The notes beneath the pieces were generated by a model, which did not search any database, had not been told where the DNA came from, and worked only from the letters and a program-made list of their open reading frames with translations. Shown here piece after piece: positions 43,410 through 54,061 of a stretch of DNA of 64,000 nt (position 1 is its first letter; each line of letters starts with the position of its first letter). Made by a program: the position numbers and the translations under genes. This DNA comes from Alphaproteobacteria bacterium (GTDB lineage: Bacteria > Pseudomonadota > Alphaproteobacteria > UBA828), in the NCBI GenBank assembly GCA_963422645.2, contig CAXXVO010000009.1, positions 352,001-416,000 of the forward strand. The letters run 5' to 3'.

Positions 43410-45128
43410 TCAGTGCGATTCGCGGGGCACGGCGGCGCCGCGCTGGCCCACGAGGAAGTCGAGATCCACGCCCCGGTCAGCCTGCAGCACGTGATCGAAG
43501 TAGAGGCGCTGATAGCCGGAAAGCATGGGCGGCTCCGGCGGCTGCCAGGCCTCGCGGCGGCGCGCGAGCTCGTCGTCCGCGACATCCAGGTGGAGCCTGC
43601 GCCCGGCGACATCGAGCTCGATGGTGTCGCCGTCGCGCACCAGAGCGAGCGGGCCGCCGGCCGCGGCCTCGGGCGCCGTGTGGAGGACGACGGTGCCGTA
43701 GGCGGTGCCGCTCATGCGCGCGTCGGAGACCCGCACCATGTCGCGCACGCCCCGCTGGAGCAGCTTCCTGGGCAGGCCCATGTTGCCGACCTCGGCCATG
43801 CCGGGGTAGCCGCGCGGTCCGCAGTTCTTGAGAACCAGCACGCAGCTCTCGTCGACATCGAGGTCGTCGCGGTCGATGCGCGCCTTGTAGTCCTCGATGG
43901 TCTCGAAGACGACGGCGCGGCCCCGGTGCTGCATCAGTGCGGGCGTCGCGGCGGAGGGCTTGAGCACAGCGCCGCTCGGCGCGAGGTTGCCGCGCAGCAC
44001 GGTGATGCCACCCTGGGCCGCGAGCGGGCTGTCGAGGGGCAGAATTACGTCCTCGTTGTGGCACGGGGCGTCGGCGCAGTTCTCGCCGATGGTGCGGCCG
44101 TTCACCGTGGGCGCGTCCCCGTGGATCAGTTCGCCGAGGCGGCGAATCACAGCCGGCAGGCCGCCGGCATAGTAGAAGTCCTCCATCAGGTATTGGCCGG
44201 AGGGCATGAGGTTGACGATGGTGGGGACGTTGCGGCCGAGCGTGTCCCAGTCGTCGAGGCTGAGCGGGATCCCGAGCCGGCCGGCGATGGCCAGGAGGTG
44301 AACCACGGCGTTGGTCGAGCCGCCGATGGCGCCGTTGACGCGGATCGCGTTCTCGAACGCCCGCCGGGTGAGAATCTGCGTAATCCGGACGTCATCGCGG
44401 ACGAGCTCGACCGCCCGGCGGCCGGCAAGCTGCGCCAGCGCGCTGCGGCGGGAATCCACCGCCGGGATCGCGGCGTTGCCCGCCATGGCGATGCCGAGCG
44501 CTTCCGCCATGCTGGCCATGGTGGATGCCGTGCCCATGGTCATGCAGTGGCCGGGGCTGCGCGACATGCCGGATTCGGCGTCCGCGAAGTCCGCCGGCGA
44601 CATCTCGCCGGCGCGCAGCTCCTCCGAGAACCTGAACACGTCGGTGCCGGAGCCCAATGCCTGCCCGCGAAAGCGCCCGGTGAGCATCGGCCCGCCCGAG
44701 AGCACGATGGTCGGCAGGTCGCAGCTCGCGGCCCCCATGAGGAGCGCCGGCGTGGTCTTGTCGCAGCCGGTGAGCAGCACCACGCCGTCGATGGGGTTGG
44801 CGCGGATCGATTCCTCCACGTCCATGCTGACGAGGTTGCGGAAGAGCATGGCCGTCGGCCGAAGGTTGCTCTCGCCGAGCGACATGACGGGGAACTCCAC
44901 CGGCATGCCGCCGCCCTCGTAGACGCCGCGCTTCACCTTCTCGGCCAGCTGGCGGAAGTGCGCGTTGCAGGGCGTGAGCTCGGACCAGGTGTTGCAGATG
45001 CCGATCACCGGGCGGCCGTCGAAGAGGTCGGACGGCAGGCCCTGGTTCTTCATCCAGCTTCGGTGCAGAAAGCCGTCCTTGTCGGCCTTGCCGAACCATT
45101 GATGCGATCGCAACTTCTGCTTTGCCAT
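43410..45128 (-). CDS. IlvD/Edd family dehydratase (sugar-acid, L-arabinonate dehydratase-like)
   Basis: NTWSELTPCNAHF, GCDKTTP, GHCMTMGTASTM, DARMSGTAYG, PRESH end. Confidence 0.92.
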   Translation of the reverse strand: MAKQKLRSHQWFGKADKDGFLHRSWMKNQGLPSDLFDGRPVIGICNTWSELTPCNAHFRQLAEKVKRGVYEGGGMPVEFPVMSLGESNLRPTAMLFRNLVSMDVEESIRANPIDGVVLLTGCDKTTPALLMGAASCDLPTIVLSGGPMLTGRFRGQALGSGTDVFRFSEELRAGEMSPADFADAESGMSRSPGHCMTMGTASTMASMAEALGIAMAGNAAIPAVDSRRSALAQLAGRRAVELVRDDVRITQILTRRAFENAIRVNGAIGGSTNAVVHLLAIAGRLGIPLSLDDWDTLGRNVPTIVNLMPSGQYLMEDFYYAGGLPAVIRRLGELIHGDAPTVNGRTIGENCADAPCHNEDVILPLDSPLAAQGGITVLRGNLAPSGAVLKPSAATPALMQHRGRAVVFETIEDYKARIDRDDLDVDESCVLVLKNCGPRGYPGMAEVGNMGLPRKLLQRGVRDMVRVSDARMSGTAYGTVVLHTAPEAAAGGPLALVRDGDTIELDVAGRRLHLDVADDELARRREAWQPPEPPMLSGYQRLYFDHVLQADRGVDLDFLVGQRGAAVPRESH

Positions 45129-45230
45129 GTGTCCCCCTCTTGGCTGCCGGCACCGTTGCCTCTTGGCGCCGGCCGGCCCACCCTATCGCAGAGTAGGCAG
45201 GCAGTCGTAAAGCCGGGCGGAGAGCAGCCG

Positions 45231-46016
45231 ATGCGCGTGGTGAGTTGGAACGTCAACGGGATCAGGGCCTGCGTGAAGAAGGGGTTCGCGGATTTCTTGG
45301 CGCACACGGATGCCGACATCCTCGGCGTGCAGGAGGTCCGCGCGCAGCCCGAAGACATTCCCGCCGAGGCGCGTGAACCGGCCGGCTGGCACACGACCTT
45401 TTCGGCTGTCGAGCGGCGGGGATACAGCGGCATCGCCCTCTACGCACGGCTTGCGCCGGAGCGGTTGGAGACGTCTCTCGGCGAGGCTCGCTTCGATGCG
45501 GAGGGCCGCTACATCGCCGCCCACTTCCGCAGCGAGCGGGGGCGCTTTGCGGTGGTCAACGCCTACTTCCCCAATGGGAGCGGCAAGAACCGCGACAACA
45601 GCCGGGTCCCCTACAAGCTCGACTTCTACCGGGCGGTCTTCGAGCGGGTGCAGCGCATGCGCCGCCGCTGCCCGGTGCTGGTGATCGGCGATTACAACAC
45701 CGCGCATCGGGAGATCGACCTCGCCCGGCCCAAGGCCAACGTCAAGACCAGCGGCTTCCTGCCCGTGGAGCGGGCCGAGATCGACCGCTGGCTGGAGGCC
45801 GGCTGGGTGGACGCCTTTCGCGCTCTGCATCCGGACGAGCCGGACCACTACAGCTGGTGGACGCAGCGGGGCGGCGCACGCGAGCGCAACGTCGGCTGGC
45901 GCATCGACTACGTGCTCGCCTCGCCGGCCGCGATGAAGCGGGTGGAGGGCGCCTTCATCTGGCCGAACCAGATGGGCTCCGACCACTGCCCGGTGGGCAT
46001 CGATATTGATCTCTGA
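45231..46016 (+). CDS. xth: Exodeoxyribonuclease III / AP endonuclease
   Basis: SWNVNGIRA, QEV, GDYNTAH, GWRIDY, GSDHCP. Confidence 0.95.
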   Translation: MRVVSWNVNGIRACVKKGFADFLAHTDADILGVQEVRAQPEDIPAEAREPAGWHTTFSAVERRGYSGIALYARLAPERLETSLGEARFDAEGRYIAAHFRSERGRFAVVNAYFPNGSGKNRDNSRVPYKLDFYRAVFERVQRMRRRCPVLVIGDYNTAHREIDLARPKANVKTSGFLPVERAEIDRWLEAGWVDAFRALHPDEPDHYSWWTQRGGARERNVGWRIDYVLASPAAMKRVEGAFIWPNQMGSDHCPVGIDIDL

Positions 46017-46112
46017 GGTGTAGCCGGGTGAGGTAGAAGAGTATCCGGCGTCTCGAGTCGCCTGTCCGAAGGTCCCGCCGATTCCTACCCGGCTTCGCAA
46101 CGGTAACGCACC

Positions 46113-47549
46113 ATGAAAATCCCGCTGACCTGCCTCGGCTTGAGTGCCGCGCTCGCGCTCGCCGCTTGCTTCCACCGAACGGACGAGCCCTCTGTTCGGG
46201 ACATTCCCGACCTGCCGCTGCAAACCCCGCCTCAGGCGGGTCAGGCGCCCGTCGTGGCGCTCGGGGACAGGGTCCATGTCGGCGCCGACGTTGCGCCGCC
46301 GGCCGACGCGCTGCCGGAGGCTGCCCTTCATGGCGACACCAGTGTCTCACACGGCTCGGTGCGAGACGGCGTCGGCGCTACCGAGTTGATTGCCTACCTG
46401 GAGGCGGACTCTCGCCCGCCTCAGAGCGGGGAAGAGGAATACGGCATGCCCGCCGATACGATTCTCGAGGTTCCGGTCCTGCGCTTCGGCATGGCGCCGC
46501 CGACGATGCGGGTCGCGGATGGCACGCCGCCGAACCTGGTCGACGAGACGGTTCGCGCGATCCAGGTGATCAACGCGGCTCTGCCCCGGGACTGGCGGCT
46601 CGGGTTCAGCCCGGACCCTGCGCCCGCCGGCGCCATCCAGCCCCCGAACGGCGAAATCCTCGTGACGTTTGCCCGACAGGAGGACTGGCCGACGGAAGTC
46701 ATGCCGCCGGACGGCGAGGGCATCGGGTTGGCGGAACCGCTCTACACGGTGGTGCAAACCGGGGACCCCGCGGTGCCCCTCAGGTTCGAAATCGCCGCGG
46801 GGCGGGTCTTCGTGGATCACACCCGAACCACGGGCCTCGAGCGGCTCGGCGTCATCGCGCACGAGATCATTCACCTGCTCGGCCGAAACCATGTCGACCC
46901 GGAACGCTTCCCGGAAACGATCATGGTGGGGGGCGGCAGCGAGGAGCTGACGGAGCACATTCTTCACCCGCTCGACCGCGAGGCCCTCCTCGCGGCGTAT
47001 GGCCGCCTGGAGCCGGAAACCCTGCCGGGCGACCTCGCATCCGAACTGGGAGACTGGTCCGACACCTCCCTGCACGTGCGCGGCGCGGTTGACATTGGGG
47101 ACGGCGAGATCGCGTTCGGCGCCGCGTTGAGGAACGGGCTGGCGCAGCCCTGGGCCTCCGGGCCATCGCCACACACCGCGCTCGCGGACAACGCCGAGCT
47201 CTCCGGCAGCGTCAGCTGGTCCGGCCGCCTGCTGGGCCTCACGCCGGACGCCGAGGCCGTCGCCGGCGCCGCCGCCCTCTCGGTCGATCTGCCGACGCTG
47301 GCCGGCAGGGCGGACTTTACGGCGCTGGAGCAATGGGCGGCCGATCTGGCGCCGGGCGATATGGGGACCGGCGCCATGTGGCACGACGGCGACCTCAGCT
47401 ACACCATCGAGGTGCACGGCAACACCTTCGTGCAGACCGGCGGCGACGACGGCACCGTGACGGGCGCGTTCTTCGGCCCGGCCCACGAGGGCATGGGCGG
47501 CGTGCTCGAACGCGACGACCTGAGCGCAGGCTTCGGCGGAAACCGCTAG
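46113..47549 (+). CDS. Lipoprotein with metzincin motif and TbpB-like C-terminal barrel
   Basis: Lipobox LAAC; HEIIHLLGRNH plus downstream TIM Met-turn; C-terminal VTGAFFGPAHEGMGG...AGFGG. Confidence 0.7.
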   Translation: MKIPLTCLGLSAALALAACFHRTDEPSVRDIPDLPLQTPPQAGQAPVVALGDRVHVGADVAPPADALPEAALHGDTSVSHGSVRDGVGATELIAYLEADSRPPQSGEEEYGMPADTILEVPVLRFGMAPPTMRVADGTPPNLVDETVRAIQVINAALPRDWRLGFSPDPAPAGAIQPPNGEILVTFARQEDWPTEVMPPDGEGIGLAEPLYTVVQTGDPAVPLRFEIAAGRVFVDHTRTTGLERLGVIAHEIIHLLGRNHVDPERFPETIMVGGGSEELTEHILHPLDREALLAAYGRLEPETLPGDLASELGDWSDTSLHVRGAVDIGDGEIAFGAALRNGLAQPWASGPSPHTALADNAELSGSVSWSGRLLGLTPDAEAVAGAAALSVDLPTLAGRADFTALEQWAADLAPGDMGTGAMWHDGDLSYTIEVHGNTFVQTGGDDGTVTGAFFGPAHEGMGGVLERDDLSAGFGGNR

Positions 47550-47576
47550 AGCGTCTTGTCGCTCACGGCAGCCGGC
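47547..47576 (+). repeat. Partial copy of TTGTCGCTCACGGCAG repeat family
   Basis: TAGAGCGTCTTGTCGCTCACGGCAG; 22 nt identical to 16240-16261. Confidence 0.7.
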
Positions 47577-47816
47577 CGTTCTGCGATCTCGCGCGCCTAC
47601 CGGCGCGACTGGCCGCACCATGGTGCGGTGCAGGGCGAACATCGTTTGCGCCATCATCGGGCCATGGGAGAGCAAAAACACCCCCGTCTTGCCCCGGCCT
47701 TCTCCGCCGCTTATCGCGTGCCGCTCAGGCTCCGGAGAGGGGGACGGGAGGAGATGGGCTCGTCGTCTGCGTCACTCTATTGTCGCGCGCCTGCGCGCGA
47801 CTCAAACGCGGGTGAC

Positions 47817-47879
47817 ATCCCAGTTATCCCGCTTATCCCACTTAGTCCCACTTATCCCAGTTAATCCCGGGGAATCCCG
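47817..47879. repeat. Seven imperfect 9-10 bp tandem units (ATCCCRSTT)
   Basis: ATCCCAGTT ATCCCGCTT ATCCCACTT AGTCCCACTT ATCCCAGTT AATCCCGGGG AATCCCG. Confidence 0.85.
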
Positions 47880-48028
47880 CCGTAATTTTTCGAATTTTCC
47901 CGCGCGCTTGATCGACCGGAGCGGGCGCCAATGCATGATGCTGGCCGTGGCCACGGTGAGAAGTGCGCACTGATGCGGCCGGGGCGGTCGGGTAGAGCCG
48001 CCCCGGCCGACAATGTCAGCGGCGCCGG

Positions 48029-49030
<1,002 letters not shown>

Positions 49031-49127
49031 TGGGGCATCCTCCGTCCAGTGACGGGTGGAATGTCGGATCTGCCGGGACGCAGCGCCAATCGCAATGCTT
49101 CAACTTGTCGTGACGTGGGGCGTCCCC

Positions 49128-49919
49128 TTACCGGGCCGCAGCCATCGCACGCTGGGCCATGACGCCCACCAGGTGCGCGCGGTACTCGGCGCTCGCGTGG
49201 ATGTCGGAATTGAGCCCCTCGGGGGAGAGCGCCGGCAAAGTCGCGTCGGGGTCCAGTCCACCGCTCAACGCAGCCTCCATGGCGGACGCGCGAAACACGC
49301 AGGGGCCCGCGCCGGTCACGGCGATGCGCACGCCCGACGCGGTCTCCGCCGCCATCACCCCGACAATTGCGTAGCGCGACGCGGGGTTCGGGAACTTCGC
49401 GTAACCGGCCTTGCCTGGCCGGGGGAATTGCACGGCGGTGACAATCTCGCCCTCGTCCAGCGCGGTCTCGAAGAGGCCGGTGAAGAAGTCGTCCGCCGCT
49501 ATGGCGCGCCGGTCGGTGACGACGGTGGCGCCGAGCCCGACCAGGGCGGCCGGATAATCCGCCGCCGGGTCGTTGTTGGCGATAGAGCCGCCGATGGTAC
49601 CCTTGTTGCGCACCTGCGGGTCGCCGATCTTGCCGGCGAGCGCGGCCAGCGCCGGGATCGCGCCCTGTACCTCGGCGGACTCCGCGACGGTCGCGTGAGG
49701 CGTCAGCGCGCCGATCTCGACGGCATCGTCATTCACGGAGATGCGGATCAGCTCCGTGAGGCCGGCGAGGTCGATCAGATCGGAGGGCGCCGCCAGGCGC
49801 TGCTTCATCGTCGGCAGCAGCGTGTGGCCGCCCGAGAGATAGGCGCCGTCGTCCGCGCTGTTGAAGGCAGCGACCGCGTCTTTCACAGATGTCGCACGAC
49901 GGTAGTTGAATGCATGCAT
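49128..49919 (-). CDS. Xanthine/CO dehydrogenase family FAD-binding subunit (CoxM/CutM-like)
   Basis: GGHTLLPTMKQRL, IGDPQVRNKGTIGGS, NNDPAADYP. Confidence 0.92.
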   Translation of the reverse strand: MHAFNYRRATSVKDAVAAFNSADDGAYLSGGHTLLPTMKQRLAAPSDLIDLAGLTELIRISVNDDAVEIGALTPHATVAESAEVQGAIPALAALAGKIGDPQVRNKGTIGGSIANNDPAADYPAALVGLGATVVTDRRAIAADDFFTGLFETALDEGEIVTAVQFPRPGKAGYAKFPNPASRYAIVGVMAAETASGVRIAVTGAGPCVFRASAMEAALSGGLDPDATLPALSPEGLNSDIHASAEYRAHLVGVMAQRAMAAAR

Positions 49920-50050
49920 GGCGCCGTCTCCTTTCGAATCAGACTATGGCCTCAGCCCCGATTTGGCCAGAGAGCGGTCACGGCGATGTCGCCTTTTGGC
50001 GGGCCGGCCCTCACCCGCTACCATGAACCCTCAGGTGAGAGGAGGCGCCG

Positions 50051-50443
50051 GTGGTGATGCTCAGGCGCGCCCAGATCGTCAATCTGGTCGAGCACAGCTA
50101 CTACAGCAATATCGACTTCCGGCACCTCGGCACGGTGCTCGACTGCTTCGCCCACGACGCGGTGCTTTCGGTGGACGGCCAGAGCCACCGCGGCCGGGAC
50201 GGCGAGATCAAGCGGTATCTCGTGCAGATGCTGTCGGATTATCCCTCGATCCGGCACGAAGTGCTCGACCACGAGGTGGACGAGGCCGGGCAGCGCTCCA
50301 CCTGCCGCTTCACCCTCAAACTGGAAGACACCAAGGGGCACGCTCGGGAGACCAGCGGGCGGGCCGAGTTCCATCTGGGGAAGGGCAAGCTGGCAGCCGT
50401 CACAGTCGAGAGCGACAAATGCGAGACGCCGCTTGACACATGA
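50051..50443 (+). CDS. SnoaL/NTF2-like protein
   Basis: 130 aa; YYSNID...LDCFAHDAVL...HRGRD pattern. Confidence 0.65.
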   Translation: MVMLRRAQIVNLVEHSYYSNIDFRHLGTVLDCFAHDAVLSVDGQSHRGRDGEIKRYLVQMLSDYPSIRHEVLDHEVDEAGQRSTCRFTLKLEDTKGHARETSGRAEFHLGKGKLAAVTVESDKCETPLDT

Positions 50444-50489
50444 CGGCGTTCCGTCTGTTCTCCAAGGGTCATAGAAGGCGGGGTGCGGC

Positions 50490-51134
50490 ATGGCTTCGGA
50501 TATCGACATCTACAAGACCCAGAACTTCGGCAACCGGCTCGGCTTCGGCGAGAAGGCCGCGCTGCTGATCGTCGACTTCGTCAACGGCTTCACCGACCCG
50601 GCGAAGTTCGGCGGCGGCAACATCCAGGAGGCGATCGACGCCACCGTGGGGCTGCTCGCCTTCTGCCGGGAGCGCGGCGTGCCGGTCGCGCACACCCGCG
50701 TCATCTTCGCCGACGATGCCGCGGACGCGAACATCATGTGTATGAAGGTGCCTTCGCTCACGGGGCTGACCGAGGACGCGCCGGAGAGCCAGATCGTCGA
50801 TTCGCTGGCGCCGCAACCGGGCGAGATCGTCGTGCGCAAGCGGGTGCCGTCGGCCTTCTTCGGCACCGACCTCGCGCCGGCCTTCGCCAGGATGCGGGTC
50901 GACACGGTGATGGTGGCGGGCTGCACCACCTCAGGCTGCGTGCGCGCGAGCGTGCTGGACGCCATGTGCCACGGCTTCCGCCCGGTGGTGATCAGCGATT
51001 GCGTCGGTGACCGCGCGCTCGGGCCCCACGAGGCCAACCTCTTCGACATGGGCCAGAAGTACGCGGACATTATCACCAGCGCCGAGGCCATCGCCGGGCT
51101 CTCGGGCGCGGTCGCGGCGCAAGCGGCCGAGTAG
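50490..51134 (+). CDS. Isochorismatase family hydrolase (N-carbamoylsarcosine/maleamate amidohydrolase-like)
   Basis: LLIVDF, K..PSAFFGT, GCTTSGCVRAS, HEANLFDMGQKYAD. Confidence 0.9.
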   Translation: MASDIDIYKTQNFGNRLGFGEKAALLIVDFVNGFTDPAKFGGGNIQEAIDATVGLLAFCRERGVPVAHTRVIFADDAADANIMCMKVPSLTGLTEDAPESQIVDSLAPQPGEIVVRKRVPSAFFGTDLAPAFARMRVDTVMVAGCTTSGCVRASVLDAMCHGFRPVVISDCVGDRALGPHEANLFDMGQKYADIITSAEAIAGLSGAVAAQAAE

Positions 51135-51143
51135 TCGCCGGCC

Positions 51144-52172
51144 GTGAAGGCGGTCGTCATCCGCGCCCACGGCGGCGTCGAGACCCTGCTCTACGAGGAG
51201 ATCGAGACGCCTGAGCCGGGGCCGGGCGAGGTCCTGGTGCGCATCCGGGCGAGCGGGATCAATCACCTCGACCATGACGTGCGCGAGGGTGCCTCGGGCA
51301 TCCCGGTGACCCTGCCGCACGTGCCGGGCTCCGAAGGCGTGGGCGAAGTAGCGGCCCTCGGCCCCGGCGTGAACGGCCCTGCGCCCGGCACCCGCGTCGC
51401 CATCGACTTCGCCCAGGGAGACCCCTTGTCCGAGCCCTGGCTGAGCGGCCTCGACGGCGTTGACTTTACCCACGGCCGCATCGGCGCGGGCCAATGGGGG
51501 ACGCACGCCGAGTACTGCGTCTCCCACGCACTGTCGGTGATCCCGCTGCCGGACAGCCTCTCCTTCGAGACCGCCGCCGCCGGTATGATCGGGCTCGGCA
51601 CGGCCTGGCACATGACGGTCGCGCTCGGCCGCGTGCAGGCGGGGCAGACCGTGCTGGTCAACGCCGCCGGCAGCGTGGTCGGCTCGTCGGCGATCCAGGT
51701 CGCGCTATTGCACGGCGCGCGGGTGATCGCGAGCGCAGGCTCCGCCGCCAAGCTGGAGAAAGCCAGGCAACTCGGCGCCGCCGAGACCATCGACTACACG
51801 CACCAGAGCATTCGCGACGAGGCGCTCAGGCTCACCCAGGGTCGCGGCGTCGATCTCGTGATCGAAAGCGTCGGCGGCGACGTGCTGCGCCAGAGCATCG
51901 ACGCGGTCTGCTTCAACGGCCGCCTCGTCACCTGCGGGGCCCACGCGGGCGAGGAAGTGCCGCTCAACGTGATCGAGCTCTTCCGCAAGCACATGACGAT
52001 CCACGGCAGCCACTTCGCCGGCCGGCGCGAGCTCGCGCACGTCTTCGCGTTGATGGCGGAGGGCCGGCTCGCGCCGGTGATCGATACCGTCTACCCCCTC
52101 GCCGAGATCCAGATAGCAGCGCGCCGCACCGCCGAGCGCGAGGTCTTCGGCAAGATGGTGCTGGTGCCTTAG
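51144..52172 (+). CDS. MDR family (quinone/alcohol) oxidoreductase
   Basis: GINHLD, PHVPGSEGVG, AAGSVVG, FGKMVL. Confidence 0.88.
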   Translation: MKAVVIRAHGGVETLLYEEIETPEPGPGEVLVRIRASGINHLDHDVREGASGIPVTLPHVPGSEGVGEVAALGPGVNGPAPGTRVAIDFAQGDPLSEPWLSGLDGVDFTHGRIGAGQWGTHAEYCVSHALSVIPLPDSLSFETAAAGMIGLGTAWHMTVALGRVQAGQTVLVNAAGSVVGSSAIQVALLHGARVIASAGSAAKLEKARQLGAAETIDYTHQSIRDEALRLTQGRGVDLVIESVGGDVLRQSIDAVCFNGRLVTCGAHAGEEVPLNVIELFRKHMTIHGSHFAGRRELAHVFALMAEGRLAPVIDTVYPLAEIQIAARRTAEREVFGKMVLVP

Positions 52173-52341
52173 CGCGTTTCCGTCGAACACGGAAACGCGC
52201 TCTCATTGTCGCTCACGGCAGCTGTCCGGCGGCCGGCGCCTCCGCGTCGCGCGTCCACGCGCGCGGACGCGCGATGGCGCCGCAGGAGCGGCGGGCCGCG
52301 GTCGCGGCCTGTCGCGAACCCGTTGGCGACGGGTTCGCTCC
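52170..52341 (+). repeat. Dispersed structured repeat, TTGTCGCTCACGGCAG family (copy 3)
   Basis: Same order of blocks as 16208-16356 with different stem sequences. Confidence 0.75.
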
Positions 52342-52346
52342 CGCCC

Positions 52347-53759
52347 CTACTTCGCCTTCCCCGCCTGGCCGCGCTTGAGGAACTGGCCGCCGCCCTCGCG
52401 GCCGAGCCATTCGCGGCCGTCGACAATCAGCTCGCCGCGCAGGAACACCTTGCTCACCCGGCCGGTAATCTCGCGGCCCTCGAAGAGCGAGTATTCGACC
52501 CGGCTGTGATGCTCGGCAGCACGGACGGTCCAGGTCTCGTCCGGGTCGAAGAGCACGATGTCGGCGTCGGAGCCCACCGCGATCGTGCCCTTGCGCGGGA
52601 AGAGGCCGAAGAGCTTCGCCGGCGCCGTCGCCGTCAGCTCGACATAGCGGTTGAGCGACATGCCGTTGCGCCGCACGCCGCCGTCGTAGACGAGCGGCAT
52701 GCGGGTCTCGAGCCCGGGTGCGCCGTTGGGGATCTTGCTGAAGTCGTCGCGGCCGAGCTCCTTCGAGAGGCGCAGGCCCAGCACGTTCTCGCTGAAGCAG
52801 AAGGGGCAATGGTCGGTGGCGATGACCTGGAGGTCGTCGGTCTTGAGTCCGCGCCAGAGCGCGTGCTGATGCGCGGCGCCCCGGAGCGGCGGCGTCATCA
52901 CGAACTTCGCAGCTTCGAAACCCGGCCGGTCGTATTCCTCGTCGGTGAGGAAGAGATAGTGCGGGCAGGTCTCGGCGTGAACCGGGAGCCCGCGATCGCG
53001 CGCCTCCGTCACGGCGTCCAGCGCCTCGCCCGCCGAGAGGTGCACGATATAGACCGGCGCCTCCGCGAGTTCCGCAATACGGATGACCCGGTGCGTTGCC
53101 TCGCCCTCCATGAGCGTCGGGCGGGTCAGCATGTGCCACTTGGGGCTGGTGTTGCCGGCCTCGAGCGCTTCCTGCACGAGCACGTCGATCACGTGCCCGT
53201 TCTCTGCATGGATCTGCACCATCCCGCCGTGGGCGCCCACCTGGCGCATCGTCTTGAAGATCTGGCCGTCGTCGATCATCAGCACGTCGGGATACGCGGT
53301 GAAGAGCTTGAAGGTGCTGACGCCTTCGTCGTGGATCAGGCTCTTCATGTCGACCAGGGTCTGGTCGTTCACCTCGGTGATGATCATGTGGGCGCCCATA
53401 TCGACGGCGGCGACCGAGGCGCGCTCGTGCCAGTCGGCCAGGCCGGCGTGCGGGCTCGTCCCCTTCACCTGGGCGGCGAAGTCCACGACCGTGGTGGTGC
53501 CGCCGAAGGCCGCGGCCTGGGAGCCGGTATAGAAGGTGTCCGCCGTGCGCGCCGGCCCAAAATCCCAGTCGAGGTGCGTGTGCACGTCGACGCCGCCGGG
53601 CAGCACGAGCAAGCCCTGCGCGTCGTGCTCGGGAATCCCGTCGCCGACGGGCAAGCCTGTGCCGATCATGCGGACGCGGCCGTCTTCCATCAGAATGTCG
53701 GCCTTGTAGTCGTCCACTGCGGTTACGATCCGCCCGTTCCGAATTAGGGTCGCAGTCAT
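52347..53759 (-). CDS. hydA: Dihydropyrimidinase / D-hydantoinase
   Basis: PGGVDVHTH, AAAFGGTT, HAENG, ETCPHYL, ATDHCPF, IPNGAPGLE. Confidence 0.93.
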   Translation of the reverse strand: MTATLIRNGRIVTAVDDYKADILMEDGRVRMIGTGLPVGDGIPEHDAQGLLVLPGGVDVHTHLDWDFGPARTADTFYTGSQAAAFGGTTTVVDFAAQVKGTSPHAGLADWHERASVAAVDMGAHMIITEVNDQTLVDMKSLIHDEGVSTFKLFTAYPDVLMIDDGQIFKTMRQVGAHGGMVQIHAENGHVIDVLVQEALEAGNTSPKWHMLTRPTLMEGEATHRVIRIAELAEAPVYIVHLSAGEALDAVTEARDRGLPVHAETCPHYLFLTDEEYDRPGFEAAKFVMTPPLRGAAHQHALWRGLKTDDLQVIATDHCPFCFSENVLGLRLSKELGRDDFSKIPNGAPGLETRMPLVYDGGVRRNGMSLNRYVELTATAPAKLFGLFPRKGTIAVGSDADIVLFDPDETWTVRAAEHHSRVEYSLFEGREITGRVSKVFLRGELIVDGREWLGREGGGQFLKRGQAGKAK

Positions 53760-54061
53760 CCTCGCCTCCCCCGGGGCGCAGACGGCCCCTCAGTCCCTGC
53801 CTGCCCATCATGCCGCGCCGGCCGGCACCCGTCCACGGCTTGCCACGGCTGCGGCCGCACCCACCGTGATAGGGTGATTGGACTGGAGGCATAACGGTGC
53901 ATCTACTAACATCCAACTAACTCGGTGCACCCTGAGGGACTGGTCAGGGTCTTGGGCGCCACACTCCCGACCCGAAAGACATTCCCGGTCAGACCATCCG
54001 GGTGACCGATAAGCCGGGGACAACGCGCGTCGGCATCGACGCGAAACACGGGAGACTGACA

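Noticed and set aside
43347-46016. 889-aa fusion ORF ending in exonuclease III
   Set aside because: The N-terminal part is the antisense shadow of the dehydratase; xth starts at 45231
47817-47879. CRISPR array or mraZ promoter
   Set aside because: Units are 9-10 bp with no spacers; no cas, mraZ or dcw genes adjacent
53760-54061. Riboswitch in the hydA/ABC divergent region
   Set aside because: Short inverted repeats are present but I recognise no aptamer consensus
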